From positions 1-51,459 of IMG/VR virus record IMGVR_UViG_3300025585_000057: a DNA stretch of 51,459 nucleotides, one strand, 5' to 3'. The translations under genes were made by a program, and so were the position numbers. How positions within the stretch are numbered: position 1 is the stretch's first letter; every line of letters starts with the position of its first letter. The notes beneath the pieces are model-generated. The model saw nothing but the letters and a program-made list of their open reading frames with translations. It searched no databases and was not told where the DNA came from. Source of the stretch: a virus. Its lineage: Duplodnaviria; Caudoviricetes. Below, one piece after another: positions 1-8,936 of this stretch.

Positions 1-2
1 CG

Positions 3-3000
3 ATGACCCTCGAACAGAAGCGACCTTTTCATGAACAATGGGCGCAGTCGTTTGAGCGCTACATCTTGGAAGGCAAAGCACCGACGGTCGAGATGCAGCC
101 GGTGTTCGCTCGATTCCGTGCGTGGATGATCAGCGTATACAAATCGATCAAAGAATTCCTTAAACAGAATCCGCTTGCCGGCAAGTTGAACGACGACGTT
201 CGCGCCATATTCGATCGATTGCTCGCAACCGAAGAGAAGATCACGGAAATGGAGCGTGCTCGCAGCATGATGCCGTTGTTTGCATCGGCTGATCAAGCGG
301 GAGTTACACAAGCGAAATTCGAAGCGTATCTCGCCGAAGGGCAAGCGGCTACCGACGAAGCTGTTTCACAACTCGCGGCTCGCAGTTTGCGCGATATGAA
401 ATGGGCCTCCGGTGCTCGTGACAAGGCGTTGCGCCAATTACAACGCGAAGCTAAAGCAAAGCGCAAAGCGTTGACCGAAGAGGTTGCCGCTGAGGTGGCG
501 CAGGAGCCGATCACACAGGCACGGAACTTCCTGCTGCGCGGAATTATCACCGGTGATGACGGAGTTAAGACGAAAGCCTCTACGACCTTCAAATTGGATC
601 GTGGCGCGATTAATGAACTTTACCCAGGCATAGACCTCACCCGGATCGAGAAAATGGTTTCTGACGCGGGTATGACGCCCGATGCTGCCGCCCAGATGTT
701 CGGCTTCAGCAGCGGACAGGAACTGATCGATGCGCTGCTCAATGAAGAGTCTACAACAGATAAAATTCAAGGGTTGGTCGATCAGCGGATGCTCGAACGC
801 TACGGCGATCTGGTTGACGACAGAGCGATCGAGGCAGCAGCGGACAAGGCGATACACAACCGGGTACGGGCGAAGTTCTTGGCTACCGGTCTGGCTATCC
901 TGAAGAAGCAACCCGGCGGTGCGGCAGCGCTCAATAAAGCTGCGAAGCTTGCAGCGGAAGGGGCTCTGTCGCGTAAGAAGCTCCGTGATATTACTCCAGG
1001 ACAATATGCCGCAGCAGAACGTCGGGCAAATGCTGAGGCGCTCAAACGGGTATCGGGTGACGAGAAAGCAGCTATAGAAGCCCAACGGGCGGCCTTGCTC
1101 AACAACCACCTAGCACGGCTATCCCGTGATATCCGCGAGGAAGTTGACGCGGCTCTGAAGTACCTCAAGAAGTTCGATAAGGTAGAACTGCGCAAGAAGC
1201 TGGGCCCAGACTACATGGAACAGATCGATGACCTGTTGCAGAACTTCGACTTCCGTAAGGGCACTCCGTTGTCTAAGATCGACAAGCAGCAAGCGTTGCG
1301 CGACTGGATCGAGGATCAACAGGCAGAAGGTTTCGAGCCAGCCATAGACGATTCCTTGTTAGATTCTCTGAAACTCAAGAGCTACAAGGAAATGACTCTC
1401 GACGAGTTTCGCGGCATCGTTGACGCCGTGAAGCAGATCGAGCACCTGGGGCGTTTAAAGGACAGGCTGCTCACGGCCAAAGAGGCCAAAGAGTTCAACG
1501 CCTCAGTTGAGAAGGCGACAGAATCCATCAAGGCGAACGCTAACAGAGTGGTGACGGAACACGAGACCCCGACTGACCTCTACGGTAAAACGAAGAAGTG
1601 GTTCCGTCAGATGTTCGCCGCGCACCGCAAATTCAACTCCGTTATCCGTGAGATGGACGGGTTCAAGAATGCCGGTGTTATGTGGGAGATGCTGGCTCGC
1701 CCGATGAATGAAGCCGGGGATGCCGAAGTTGAGATGCGCCAGAAGGCAGCCGAGGAACTCGGTCGGCTGTTCGGTATGCTAGAGAATACGGACACGGTTC
1801 CGGGCAACTTGTACTCTAAGAAACGCCTAGTGCCGGGGACAGATATCTCAATGACTCAGGAACAGCGGATCATGTTCGGCATGAACTGGGGCAACGAAGG
1901 AAACCGGCAACGGTTGATGGACGGCGGGCTGGCGGGGCGTAAGGCGCTCTCTATGCAGGAGGCCCAAGCTATTCTCGATACGCTCACCAAGCCCGAATGG
2001 GATTTCATACAATCCGTGTTGGATTTCGTGGGTTCCTATAAAGAGCAGATCGCAGCACTCGAGAGACAGGTAACAGGCATCGAACCGAAGTGGATCGACG
2101 CCATGCCGATAGAGACGAAGTTCGGAACCTACCGTGGAGGGTACTTCCCAGCAAAGTACGACGCGGACCTGTCTACCAGATCCGAGGTATTGGAAGCGGT
2201 CAACGACATGCGCATGGGCATGAAGGGGGCGTTTCAGTCTGCGGCTACAAAGAACGGATATACGAAAGAACGTTCTAAACAGGTTATAGGTCGCCCGATT
2301 CTCCTGAGCTTCAACACGATAGCTCAGCATGTGAGCGAGGTGACCCACCGCCTAGCGTGGCAGCCGTGGTTGATAGACGCGAATCGTCTATTACGTGCGC
2401 TGGATGAACCAATCCGAGAGCACTACGGAACTGAACTCCTGCGAGAACTACGCAATACTGTTTTAGATATCGCCACGGGTGACGTGGGCGCTAAGAACGC
2501 TATGGAAGCCGGTATCAATCACCTACGGACGGGATCGACTATCGTTGGCATGGGCTGGAGGGTGACTACCGCGTTATTGCAACCGAGTGGTCTGGCTCAA
2601 AGCTGGTCGCGTATCGGTAGCAGATCGATAGCTGCAGGGCTGGCCCAGTATCTTAAAAACCCGATAGTAGCCGGTAAGTTCGTAGACGAGAAATCGAGCC
2701 TGATGCGTAACCGCGGAATCACGATGCAGCGTGAGGTGAATGAGGTGTTGAATACTCTGAGATCCGGCAGTAAGGTGTCCGCCGTTACGGGGTCGTACTT
2801 CACCCTGATCGGCAAGATGCAACGCACCGTGGACATCCCAACATGGATCGGGGCTTACGAAAAGGATCTCGCGGAGCAGGGTTACGAGGCTGCAGAGAAC
2901 GAGGAAGAACGTGCTAAGATGGAAGCACGAGCCGTAGCAGTAGCCGATCAAACGGTAATCGATACGCAATCCGGGGGGCAGATAAAAGACCTTGCGAGCA

Positions 3001-3584
3001 TCCAGCGGGGGTCGCCTGTACAGAAATTGTTTACTAACTTCTACTCGTACTTCAGCGCCACATATAACTTGAATGTCGAAACGGTACGCAAAACAAACTT
3101 CCGTGATCCTGCCAGTGTTGGCCTGATGGCGGTAGACCTGTTGCTATTGAATACGGTTCCGGTGCTATTCGCCCTGGCTCTCAAACAAATGACGAAAGGT
3201 GAATGTGAATGGGATGATACGGAATGCCTATTAGAGAAAGCGGGGCAGGAGCAGATAAACTTCCTCATGGGGCAGATGATTATACTGAGAGAGGTCGCCG
3301 TGGCGGGACAGGCGTTGATAGGCGCGGATACCTACGGGTATCAAGGCCCGGCGGGGTTGAGGTTCTTCAGCGATCTGTATAAGTTAGGTACACAGGTAGA
3401 ACAAGGCGACGCGGATCTTGCGGCTTTCAAAGCTGCGAACTCGGTAGCGGGGGCGCTCTTTCATTACCCAGCCGGGCAGATTAATTCAACGCTCGATGGT
3501 ATACTCGCCATCGAAGACGGTAGAGTGGAAGGGGTAAGCATATTGCCAGCACTAATCGCGGGAGCACCGAAAGATGCTAGATAA
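3..3584 (+). CDS. C-terminal part of giant internal virion (ejection) / large polyvalent protein; 5' truncated, continues from 44180..51459
   Basis: Frame is open from the window edge. It begins with HEQWAQSFERYILEGKAP...VFARFRAWMISVY, the second half of a zincin-like domain whose HExxH half (IHEGGHFYLE) is at the other window end. The rest is long and helical with hydrophobic C-terminal helices, as in podovirus ejection proteins. Confidence 0.8.
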   Translation: MTLEQKRPFHEQWAQSFERYILEGKAPTVEMQPVFARFRAWMISVYKSIKEFLKQNPLAGKLNDDVRAIFDRLLATEEKITEMERARSMMPLFASADQAGVTQAKFEAYLAEGQAATDEAVSQLAARSLRDMKWASGARDKALRQLQREAKAKRKALTEEVAAEVAQEPITQARNFLLRGIITGDDGVKTKASTTFKLDRGAINELYPGIDLTRIEKMVSDAGMTPDAAAQMFGFSSGQELIDALLNEESTTDKIQGLVDQRMLERYGDLVDDRAIEAAADKAIHNRVRAKFLATGLAILKKQPGGAAALNKAAKLAAEGALSRKKLRDITPGQYAAAERRANAEALKRVSGDEKAAIEAQRAALLNNHLARLSRDIREEVDAALKYLKKFDKVELRKKLGPDYMEQIDDLLQNFDFRKGTPLSKIDKQQALRDWIEDQQAEGFEPAIDDSLLDSLKLKSYKEMTLDEFRGIVDAVKQIEHLGRLKDRLLTAKEAKEFNASVEKATESIKANANRVVTEHETPTDLYGKTKKWFRQMFAAHRKFNSVIREMDGFKNAGVMWEMLARPMNEAGDAEVEMRQKAAEELGRLFGMLENTDTVPGNLYSKKRLVPGTDISMTQEQRIMFGMNWGNEGNRQRLMDGGLAGRKALSMQEAQAILDTLTKPEWDFIQSVLDFVGSYKEQIAALERQVTGIEPKWIDAMPIETKFGTYRGGYFPAKYDADLSTRSEVLEAVNDMRMGMKGAFQSAATKNGYTKERSKQVIGRPILLSFNTIAQHVSEVTHRLAWQPWLIDANRLLRALDEPIREHYGTELLRELRNTVLDIATGDVGAKNAMEAGINHLRTGSTIVGMGWRVTTALLQPSGLAQSWSRIGSRSIAAGLAQYLKNPIVAGKFVDEKSSLMRNRGITMQREVNEVLNTLRSGSKVSAVTGSYFTLIGKMQRTVDIPTWIGAYEKDLAEQGYEAAENEEERAKMEARAVAVADQTVIDTQSGGQIKDLASIQRGSPVQKLFTNFYSYFSATYNLNVETVRKTNFRDPASVGLMAVDLLLLNTVPVLFALALKQMTKGECEWDDTECLLEKAGQEQINFLMGQMIILREVAVAGQALIGADTYGYQGPAGLRFFSDLYKLGTQVEQGDADLAAFKAANSVAGALFHYPAGQINSTLDGILAIEDGRVEGVSILPALIAGAPKDAR

Positions 3585-4794
3585 ACTCAAACGACCTTAT
3601 GGTTACGAATATATCGGGGATAACGACCCCCTACTAGAGGCACGAAGGGTGGACCGCTGCCCGAACTGTTCGCCCCCTTCGGCGGATGGTAGCACGGGAG
3701 GAGACCCTGTGTGCACCGAACCTATATGGGCTGTTGTGTACGATTCCTGGTATCTGGCGACTAGAGAGTTCGCGGGTATGATTTTCCAGGATGCTCTGAT
3801 ATGGATCCCCGGTGGGGATAGCGGCAACATTGTAGCGCTCAGTATGGCAGATGGTAGTATTTCACGCACTATCGACATTGCTACCGCTGTTGGTACGAAT
3901 GATTTCTGGGAGATGTCGTCTTTCGCTGGGGTGGGAGCGGATGGTGTGACGCTATTTTTTAGTGGATTCGATGGGCTTAATATCGATGGTGACCAGATAG
4001 TAATGGTTAATACCACTACAGATGCCGTTACTACAGGGTTGCCGGGGCTCGAATATACTACTCCAGGTTTGGTAGACAATACAAATGGTGTTTTGTGGCT
4101 GGCGGGTAGCGCGTCGTCCGCGACTCCTGGCACATTATTTGCACTAGATCAAACGACGTTAGCGGCAACGGGGGTATCAATCGCCTGGATTAACGACGGC
4201 GTTAACGCCCCGAAATTGGCACATGACACAACCAACAACCACTTGTGGCGGACTAACACCGCCCTTACCAACATTTACATATACTCTGCTGTTGACGGTT
4301 CTTTGGTTACTACCCTCTCCGCTGTTACCACAGCCCCTGACGTAATAACATCCCTTGAGTTCGTACCAACTAAAGGTTGGGTGATCGTCGGGATGCGTAT
4401 CGGCGCGTACCACGAGTTCGCCATCTATGACGCGACCACGTACACGTTAGTGGCTTCCATCGCCGATGTTGAGGGGGCCCTTATAAAATCCGGTTACGAC
4501 TTCAAGTACGTCCCAACGGCTGATGAATTTCTATTGTCCGCTCAATTAACTAATACGAGCAAGCCACATAAGATGTACATATTTGACGGTACGGATTTCC
4601 ACTATAAGGGAGAGATCCCGTTGACCTACTTTAGTCCTCTGACAGATTTAACGGTGCCCTCTCTAACGGCTGCGACGGACCTTAACGGTGGAGGGTTATT
4701 CGTGGTAGATCGTTGTGACATATTCATACAGGATATCTATGCCCACCCAGTAACGGGTAACGTAGACTTAGTACTATTCCGTTTCAATAGGTAA
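3574..4794 (+). CDS. Putative beta-propeller protein (YncE/YVTN-like), possible virion or receptor-binding protein
   Basis: 406 aa, with ~45 aa beta-rich repeats (ALSMADGSISRTI, ALDQTTLAATG, IYSAVDGSLVTTL, IYDATTYTLVASI, IFDGTDFHYKGEI) and an N-terminal CPNC. Overlaps the stop of the upstream gene. Confidence 0.55.
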   Translation: MLDKLKRPYGYEYIGDNDPLLEARRVDRCPNCSPPSADGSTGGDPVCTEPIWAVVYDSWYLATREFAGMIFQDALIWIPGGDSGNIVALSMADGSISRTIDIATAVGTNDFWEMSSFAGVGADGVTLFFSGFDGLNIDGDQIVMVNTTTDAVTTGLPGLEYTTPGLVDNTNGVLWLAGSASSATPGTLFALDQTTLAATGVSIAWINDGVNAPKLAHDTTNNHLWRTNTALTNIYIYSAVDGSLVTTLSAVTTAPDVITSLEFVPTKGWVIVGMRIGAYHEFAIYDATTYTLVASIADVEGALIKSGYDFKYVPTADEFLLSAQLTNTSKPHKMYIFDGTDFHYKGEIPLTYFSPLTDLTVPSLTAATDLNGGGLFVVDRCDIFIQDIYAHPVTGNVDLVLFRFNR

Positions 4795-4800
4795 GTAAAG

Positions 4801-4814
4801 GAAAACCGGTTTTC
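4801..4814. promoter_or_regulatory. Perfect 14-bp palindrome GAAAACCGGTTTTC upstream of the holin
   Basis: Seen directly in the intergenic gap. Function (operator or hairpin) is inferred. Confidence 0.35.
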
Positions 4815-4834
4815 TTTAACTAAGGACGCAGCTA

Positions 4835-5071
4835 ATGTTAATTAAGCTACTAGACGAGTACCAACTATTCCGAAGGGTAATAATCCTGGTACTAATCGTA
4901 CTCACAGCCTGGATCACGTACTGCTCACAGGCGTATGCTTTCGCAGCTCTGAACCACCCGGAGGTAACATGGCAGGGTGTCGTGGCAATCCTCGGAGCGA
5001 TGCAAGCCCCGATCCTAGGATTAACCGGATATGCTTTCAAGATATATTTGAACTCGCGCAAACAGGACTGA
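4835..5071 (+). CDS. Putative holin (two TM helices)
   Basis: 78 aa with two hydrophobic segments and a basic C-terminus, TAAGGA RBS, directly before the spanins. Confidence 0.6.
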   Translation: MLIKLLDEYQLFRRVIILVLIVLTAWITYCSQAYAFAALNHPEVTWQGVVAILGAMQAPILGLTGYAFKIYLNSRKQD

Positions 5072-5102
5072 CAGTATATAATCCGGTGAAAGGACTTCTA
5101 AC

Positions 5103-5621
5103 ATGCCATTAATTCTACTCAGATTACTCCCCTACATTCTGGCCGTTCTTGCTGTCGCTGCTATTCTCTTCTTCGCCTATGACACAGGCCGTAAGTACGA
5201 ACGCGGGGTATGGGCCCAACGGGAACTGCAATTGAACCAGGACATCGAGAAGCAACGACATGCAGCAGAGAAACGAATCCGAGACCTCGAGGAACACCGG
5301 CAGGTCGAACTAGCTGAGGTACAAAATGCACACCTTAAGAATATCGCAAATCTCAACAATACTATTAATAGCCTTAGTAGCCGTGGGTTGTACATCACTG
5401 CCTCAACGTGCCCCGATGATAGAGTGCCCAACGGTAGAACCGGCGAAGGTTCCGGCGGACCTCCTACCGGACATAGCAACCAGTCAAAGATACGACTTCC
5501 CGATGAGATTACAAGCGGTCTTTGGGACGTCATCCGAGCAGCCGAAGAAGTAAAAGACCTGTACTTGGCATGCCGACGGATAGTAACTAGCTCGGCCTGC
5601 AACATCGAATTTATCAACTAG
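5103..5621 (+). CDS. Rz: Inner-membrane spanin (Rz-like)
   Basis: N-terminal TM anchor, G...ERGVW, coiled coil, C-terminal LYLAC; contains an embedded lipoprotein gene. Confidence 0.8.
   Translation: MPLILLRLLPYILAVLAVAAILFFAYDTGRKYERGVWAQRELQLNQDIEKQRHAAEKRIRDLEEHRQVELAEVQNAHLKNIANLNNTINSLSSRGLYITASTCPDDRVPNGRTGEGSGGPPTGHSNQSKIRLPDEITSGLWDVIRAAEEVKDLYLACRRIVTSSACNIEFIN
5326..5553 (+). CDS. Rz1: Outer-membrane lipoprotein spanin (Rz1-like), embedded in Rz in the +1 frame
   Basis: Signal peptide and lipobox LIALVAVG-C, then a Pro-rich mature part (CPTVEPAKVPADLL); lies fully inside Rz. Confidence 0.8.
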   Translation: MHTLRISQISTILLIALVAVGCTSLPQRAPMIECPTVEPAKVPADLLPDIATSQRYDFPMRLQAVFGTSSEQPKK

Positions 5622-5636
5622 AAAGGGGGGTGATCC

Positions 5637-5825
5637 GTGTTTATTAATCCGATTAAGAAAGCTGAAGACGCAATCGAGAAAGGCAACAAGGAACTAGACA
5701 AAGAGGTTGACAGACAAGTGCGCAAGGCCACTCGTAGTCGCTTTACACTGGCCTGGTACTTACTCGGCGTCACAGTAATCGCCCTGCTCGGTGCGGGTGT
5801 CGGGATTCTGATACTGGAGTTATAG
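5637..5825 (+). CDS. Small membrane protein
   Basis: 62 aa, charged N-half and one C-terminal TM helix; G-rich RBS before a GTG start. Confidence 0.55.
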   Translation: MFINPIKKAEDAIEKGNKELDKEVDRQVRKATRSRFTLAWYLLGVTVIALLGAGVGILILEL

Positions 5826-5826
5826 C

Positions 5827-6039
5827 ATGTGGGCGGAATACGGGCCGATAGCAATGTTCGTCGTGGGTCAGATCGTAGTCGCAGCGGCAATCTGGGGCGG
5901 TATCAAATCTGATATCGCCGCTATCCATCGAGAACTCACACTGAGGCACGAGAGTTATACCAACAGATTCACCCTGTTGGAGTCCCACGTATACCACGCC
6001 TGGGGCGGGAGGCGTGAACCTCCTCATGCTGATGAATAA
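5827..6039 (+). CDS. Small membrane protein, holin/antiholin-like
   Basis: N-terminal TM helix followed by a short coiled coil; in the lysis cluster. Confidence 0.5.
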   Translation: MWAEYGPIAMFVVGQIVVAAAIWGGIKSDIAAIHRELTLRHESYTNRFTLLESHVYHAWGGRREPPHADE

Positions 6040-6442
6040 GTTCGAGGACTTTGTAGTCTACGCCGCTTACGTAGCCATAGTATCATTGGTAGTAAGCGGC
6101 CTATTTAGCCTACCCGCGCAATCGGCGCACGTGGAAGATCCTCGTTATTGCGGGGAGCCAAAGCGCACACCAGCGGGTAAGATCCTCCGCAACAAAACTC
6201 TACGCCTAAAATTTGAGGCGATGTACCCGCTACCCACTGGATGGGATCGCGCCTTATGGCAAGTAGACCATGTGATACCGTTAGCACACGGGGGTTGTGA
6301 TTCCATATCGAACATGCAATGGCTGCCGAAGTCGATCAAGACCTGCTCCGGCACCCTATGCAAAGATCGTTGGGAGTTAAAGCTCTACCCCGAATGGAAC
6401 GGGTCTGCCATCCCGGCAGAAGCCACAAAGCCCGCCAACTAA
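6014..6442 (+). CDS. HNH endonuclease-family protein with N-terminal signal peptide or TM segment
   Basis: VDHVIPLAHGGCDSISNMQWL HNH core; hydrophobic N-terminus ending LPAQSA. Real start may be an ATG near 6026-6032. Confidence 0.75.
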   Translation: MNLLMLMNKFEDFVVYAAYVAIVSLVVSGLFSLPAQSAHVEDPRYCGEPKRTPAGKILRNKTLRLKFEAMYPLPTGWDRALWQVDHVIPLAHGGCDSISNMQWLPKSIKTCSGTLCKDRWELKLYPEWNGSAIPAEATKPAN

Positions 6443-6604
6443 ACGCGGGTATTCGAAACCACAACCATCGCATTCCCCAGGCTCCCCTGGGTCCATGCTA
6501 ACAGCGTTTTGTCGTATGGCTGCTACGGCGTATTCCGTCTCCAGCGCCATGTGCTTATTAGCGAGATCCACCTCATCCGCGTAATGTTCAGTATCTCCTA
6601 CCAT
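6377..6604 (-). CDS. TraR/DksA family C4 zinc-finger protein
   Basis: ADEVDLA acidic tip motif (DxxDxA) and CDGC...CGFC zinc finger. Confidence 0.75.
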   Translation of the reverse strand: MVGDTEHYADEVDLANKHMALETEYAVAAIRQNAVSMDPGEPGECDGCGFEYPRLVGGLCGFCRDGRPVPFGVEL

Positions 6605-6861
6605 GTCAGTAACCCCTTCTCTTTCAGAAAATCGTGCAGATCCGCTCTTATCTCGCGCGGGTCCGCAGCCCAGTCATAAACCCCGACAATTTTCTCCGAC
6701 ACCGTTTTGGGGCTCCGGAACAGCCTTTCGTAGTTACTCGTACCGCTCTTCACTGCGCGCAGCACTTCTCGCTCCCAAACGATCAATACCGGTACTTCCA
6801 AGGACATCACCTTATCGATTACCCACTCCACCTGCTCTTTCAAATCTCGTTCCTTAAGCAT
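6598..6861 (-). CDS. Hypothetical protein
   Basis: 87 aa ORF overlapping both neighbours, with GGAGG RBS. Confidence 0.6.
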   Translation of the reverse strand: MLKERDLKEQVEWVIDKVMSLEVPVLIVWEREVLRAVKSGTSNYERLFRSPKTVSEKIVGVYDWAADPREIRADLHDFLKEKGLLTW

Positions 6862-8311
6862 TTCTGCCTCCCTGTTTCTTAATTGATCGCGCTTCCAGGA
6901 TCAGATCCTGCACGCTTTTCTTAGTCTCTACGCGCGCCATTACCAACTCGTCGACGGTATCTCGGGCGATTATGTTGATGATATAAACGTTCCTATTCAA
7001 CCCGGCTTGCAATTGCCGTACCGGGCCTATCCTTTCCATTACCTGCAACCGTTCTTCCAGGTTCCAATTGTGTCCGAAAAACACCAGCACGTACCCGCCG
7101 TACTGCAGGTTGAGCCCATGCCCGGCACTCTTAGGATGTACAAACAACAGCGGGATCTTGCCCTCGTTCCACTCCTGCTCAATCAGGTTCGTATTCTGCG
7201 GCGTGATAGCGCGCCCCTTTGGGAACGCCCTCAATAGCCTCTCACGATCCGATCTGAAATTGTACGCTACCAGAAGATTCGCCCCAGAGAATTCGTTCAC
7301 GATACTCTCTAGTGCCTGGATCTTGGTGTCGTGAACTTCCTTCCAGGCTTTCGCCATTGGGTCGTCATCCTCCCGTTTCAACGGGTCGACGTAACACGCC
7401 CCGTTTGCTACCTGCAGGAGCTTCTGAGTCAGTACCGCAGAGTTGGCTACCGCTATCGGGTGCTGCTCTATCTCTGCGTAAAACTGCTTCTCCAGCTCTT
7501 TGTAGAGATTACGAGCTTTCGGTGGCAGGTCAACGTATCTGTCTACGACGATCGGGTCCTTCAGATCGAACCAATCTTCAGGCCTGAGCGAAATACAGAT
7601 ATCTGACAATAGTTCGTTGATCTCTCCGGCTGTGTGCGCCATAGGTTTCGGCGTACCAAACTCCCCCGGAGGAATCTTAAACCAACGATCAATGAAACCC
7701 GAGAATGTTCTCCCGAGGCGCTCCCCCTTGTCTAGCATCCATATCTGCCCCCACAGGTCTAGCAACCCATTTGGTGACGGAGTACCCGTCAATTGGTGAA
7801 AATACTTGACCTGGGTGTGCGCCACCTTACCCAACGCAGCAGCGCGTACCCCGCCTTGTCGGATACGGAAACTCTTCAGCCGAGTGGACTCATCCGCAAC
7901 CACCCGGATGAAGGGCCACTTGTCGCCGTACTGCGCCACCAACCACGGAAGATTCTCGTAGTTGGTGACGTATACAGAAGACCGAATCTTCAACGCCGAG
8001 AACCGTTCCTTCTCGTTACCTACTATGGGTACGACTCGTAGGTGGCGGAGGTGATCCCATTTAAGCGGCTCGTTTACCCAGGTCGTTTTGGCAACGAGCA
8101 GAGGCGCTATAACGAGCGTGGGGCGGTCCTCCCCCATGCACTGATGGTAATCGATAGACGTGAGCGCAGAAACGGTTTTACCCATACCCATGCCAGCCCA
8201 AACCGCATACCGCGGATTGTCTATCATCCTATCAATTATGATCTCTTGATAGGGCTTCTTTATAAGCTTCTGCCGCACGTTTTCTCTCCTTGATACGTTG
8301 TTTGCTCTCAT
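6854..8311 (-). CDS. SNF2-family (SF2) helicase
   Basis: AGMGMGKT Walker A, VVADES motif II, LTGTP motif III, SAGHGLNLQ and QVMERIG..RQ motifs V/VI. Confidence 0.93.
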   Translation of the reverse strand: MRANNVSRRENVRQKLIKKPYQEIIIDRMIDNPRYAVWAGMGMGKTVSALTSIDYHQCMGEDRPTLVIAPLLVAKTTWVNEPLKWDHLRHLRVVPIVGNEKERFSALKIRSSVYVTNYENLPWLVAQYGDKWPFIRVVADESTRLKSFRIRQGGVRAAALGKVAHTQVKYFHQLTGTPSPNGLLDLWGQIWMLDKGERLGRTFSGFIDRWFKIPPGEFGTPKPMAHTAGEINELLSDICISLRPEDWFDLKDPIVVDRYVDLPPKARNLYKELEKQFYAEIEQHPIAVANSAVLTQKLLQVANGACYVDPLKREDDDPMAKAWKEVHDTKIQALESIVNEFSGANLLVAYNFRSDRERLLRAFPKGRAITPQNTNLIEQEWNEGKIPLLFVHPKSAGHGLNLQYGGYVLVFFGHNWNLEERLQVMERIGPVRQLQAGLNRNVYIINIIARDTVDELVMARVETKKSVQDLILEARSIKKQGGRNA

Positions 8312-8534
8312 TCATTTTCTGTAGATAGTGAAACCTACAATACGGGTACGGCACGAATCGCTTCCCCCCTTCTTTCGCGGGCATACGGGTTTCATTACAA
8401 CCTGGTATAGCGCAAGGGGACTTCTGCGTGTCCGACAGGACAACAGTTTGCTTCGTGTTCAACTTCAAGAGCATGTCGTACATGCTCCCAAGTCGTTCGT
8501 ATAGAGGGGCTAGGCCCCGATTGCTCTCAACCAT
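8232..8534 (-). CDS. Hypothetical protein with Cys/His zinc-binding motif
   Basis: CAIPGC...YCRFH and a basic C-terminus; sits in the operon. Confidence 0.55.
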   Translation of the reverse strand: MVESNRGLAPLYERLGSMYDMLLKLNTKQTVVLSDTQKSPCAIPGCNETRMPAKEGGKRFVPYPYCRFHYLQKMNESKQRIKERKRAAEAYKEALSRDHN

Positions 8535-8827
8535 TCATCTACCTCCCCTAACGTAAACAGTACCGCCACTCGGACGTCTTTCCCCATGAGTTCGTTGAGC
8601 TCGGCCACCTGCCCGAGAGAAAGCCTCCCGCCTCTGGGGCGTTTCAGCTCTACGAAACCCTGCCACTTCCCGGGTATTACCACAAACCGGTCCGGGCATC
8701 CCCGCCTTCCGATCCATTTTACTTTCCGTATGAAGCCTTTCCTCTCTTCCACTGCCCGCTTCAGGTACTTCTCGATTACCGCTTCCTTCGCGTTGTCCGT
8801 AACTTTCAAATCCTTCGTACCAGTCAT
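8510..8827 (-). CDS. VRR-NUC domain nuclease
   Basis: EAVIEKYL...GCPDRF...FVELKRP.GGRLS..Q PD-(D/E)xK signature. The ATG at 8827 has an AAAGGA RBS; the ORF track start at 8923 is probably too long. Confidence 0.9.
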   Translation of the reverse strand: MTGTKDLKVTDNAKEAVIEKYLKRAVEERKGFIRKVKWIGRRGCPDRFVVIPGKWQGFVELKRPRGGRLSLGQVAELNELMGKDVRVAVLFTLGEVDEWLRAIGA

Positions 8828-8936
8828 AGCACATATCCTTTTGTTGTTTGTTTTCCTTGACACCCTCGTATGGGTTGTCCCAAATGCGGCGGCCTTCCTT
8901 GGCCGCCTGTCGCCCTTCGGCAAAAGCCCCTCTCAT
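8535..8936 (-). CDS. Rmf/CrpP-like small domain protein with long C-terminal extension overlapping VRR-NUC
   Basis: First 46 aa fit AFxEGxxAxxxGxxxxxNPY...WxxG. Start overlaps the upstream stop (ATGA), and its stop abuts the ATG at 8534. Confidence 0.55.
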   Translation of the reverse strand: MRGAFAEGRQAAKEGRRIWDNPYEGVKENKQQKDMCYDWYEGFESYGQREGSGNREVPEAGSGREERLHTESKMDRKAGMPGPVCGNTREVAGFRRAETPQRREAFSRAGGRAQRTHGERRPSGGTVYVRGGR

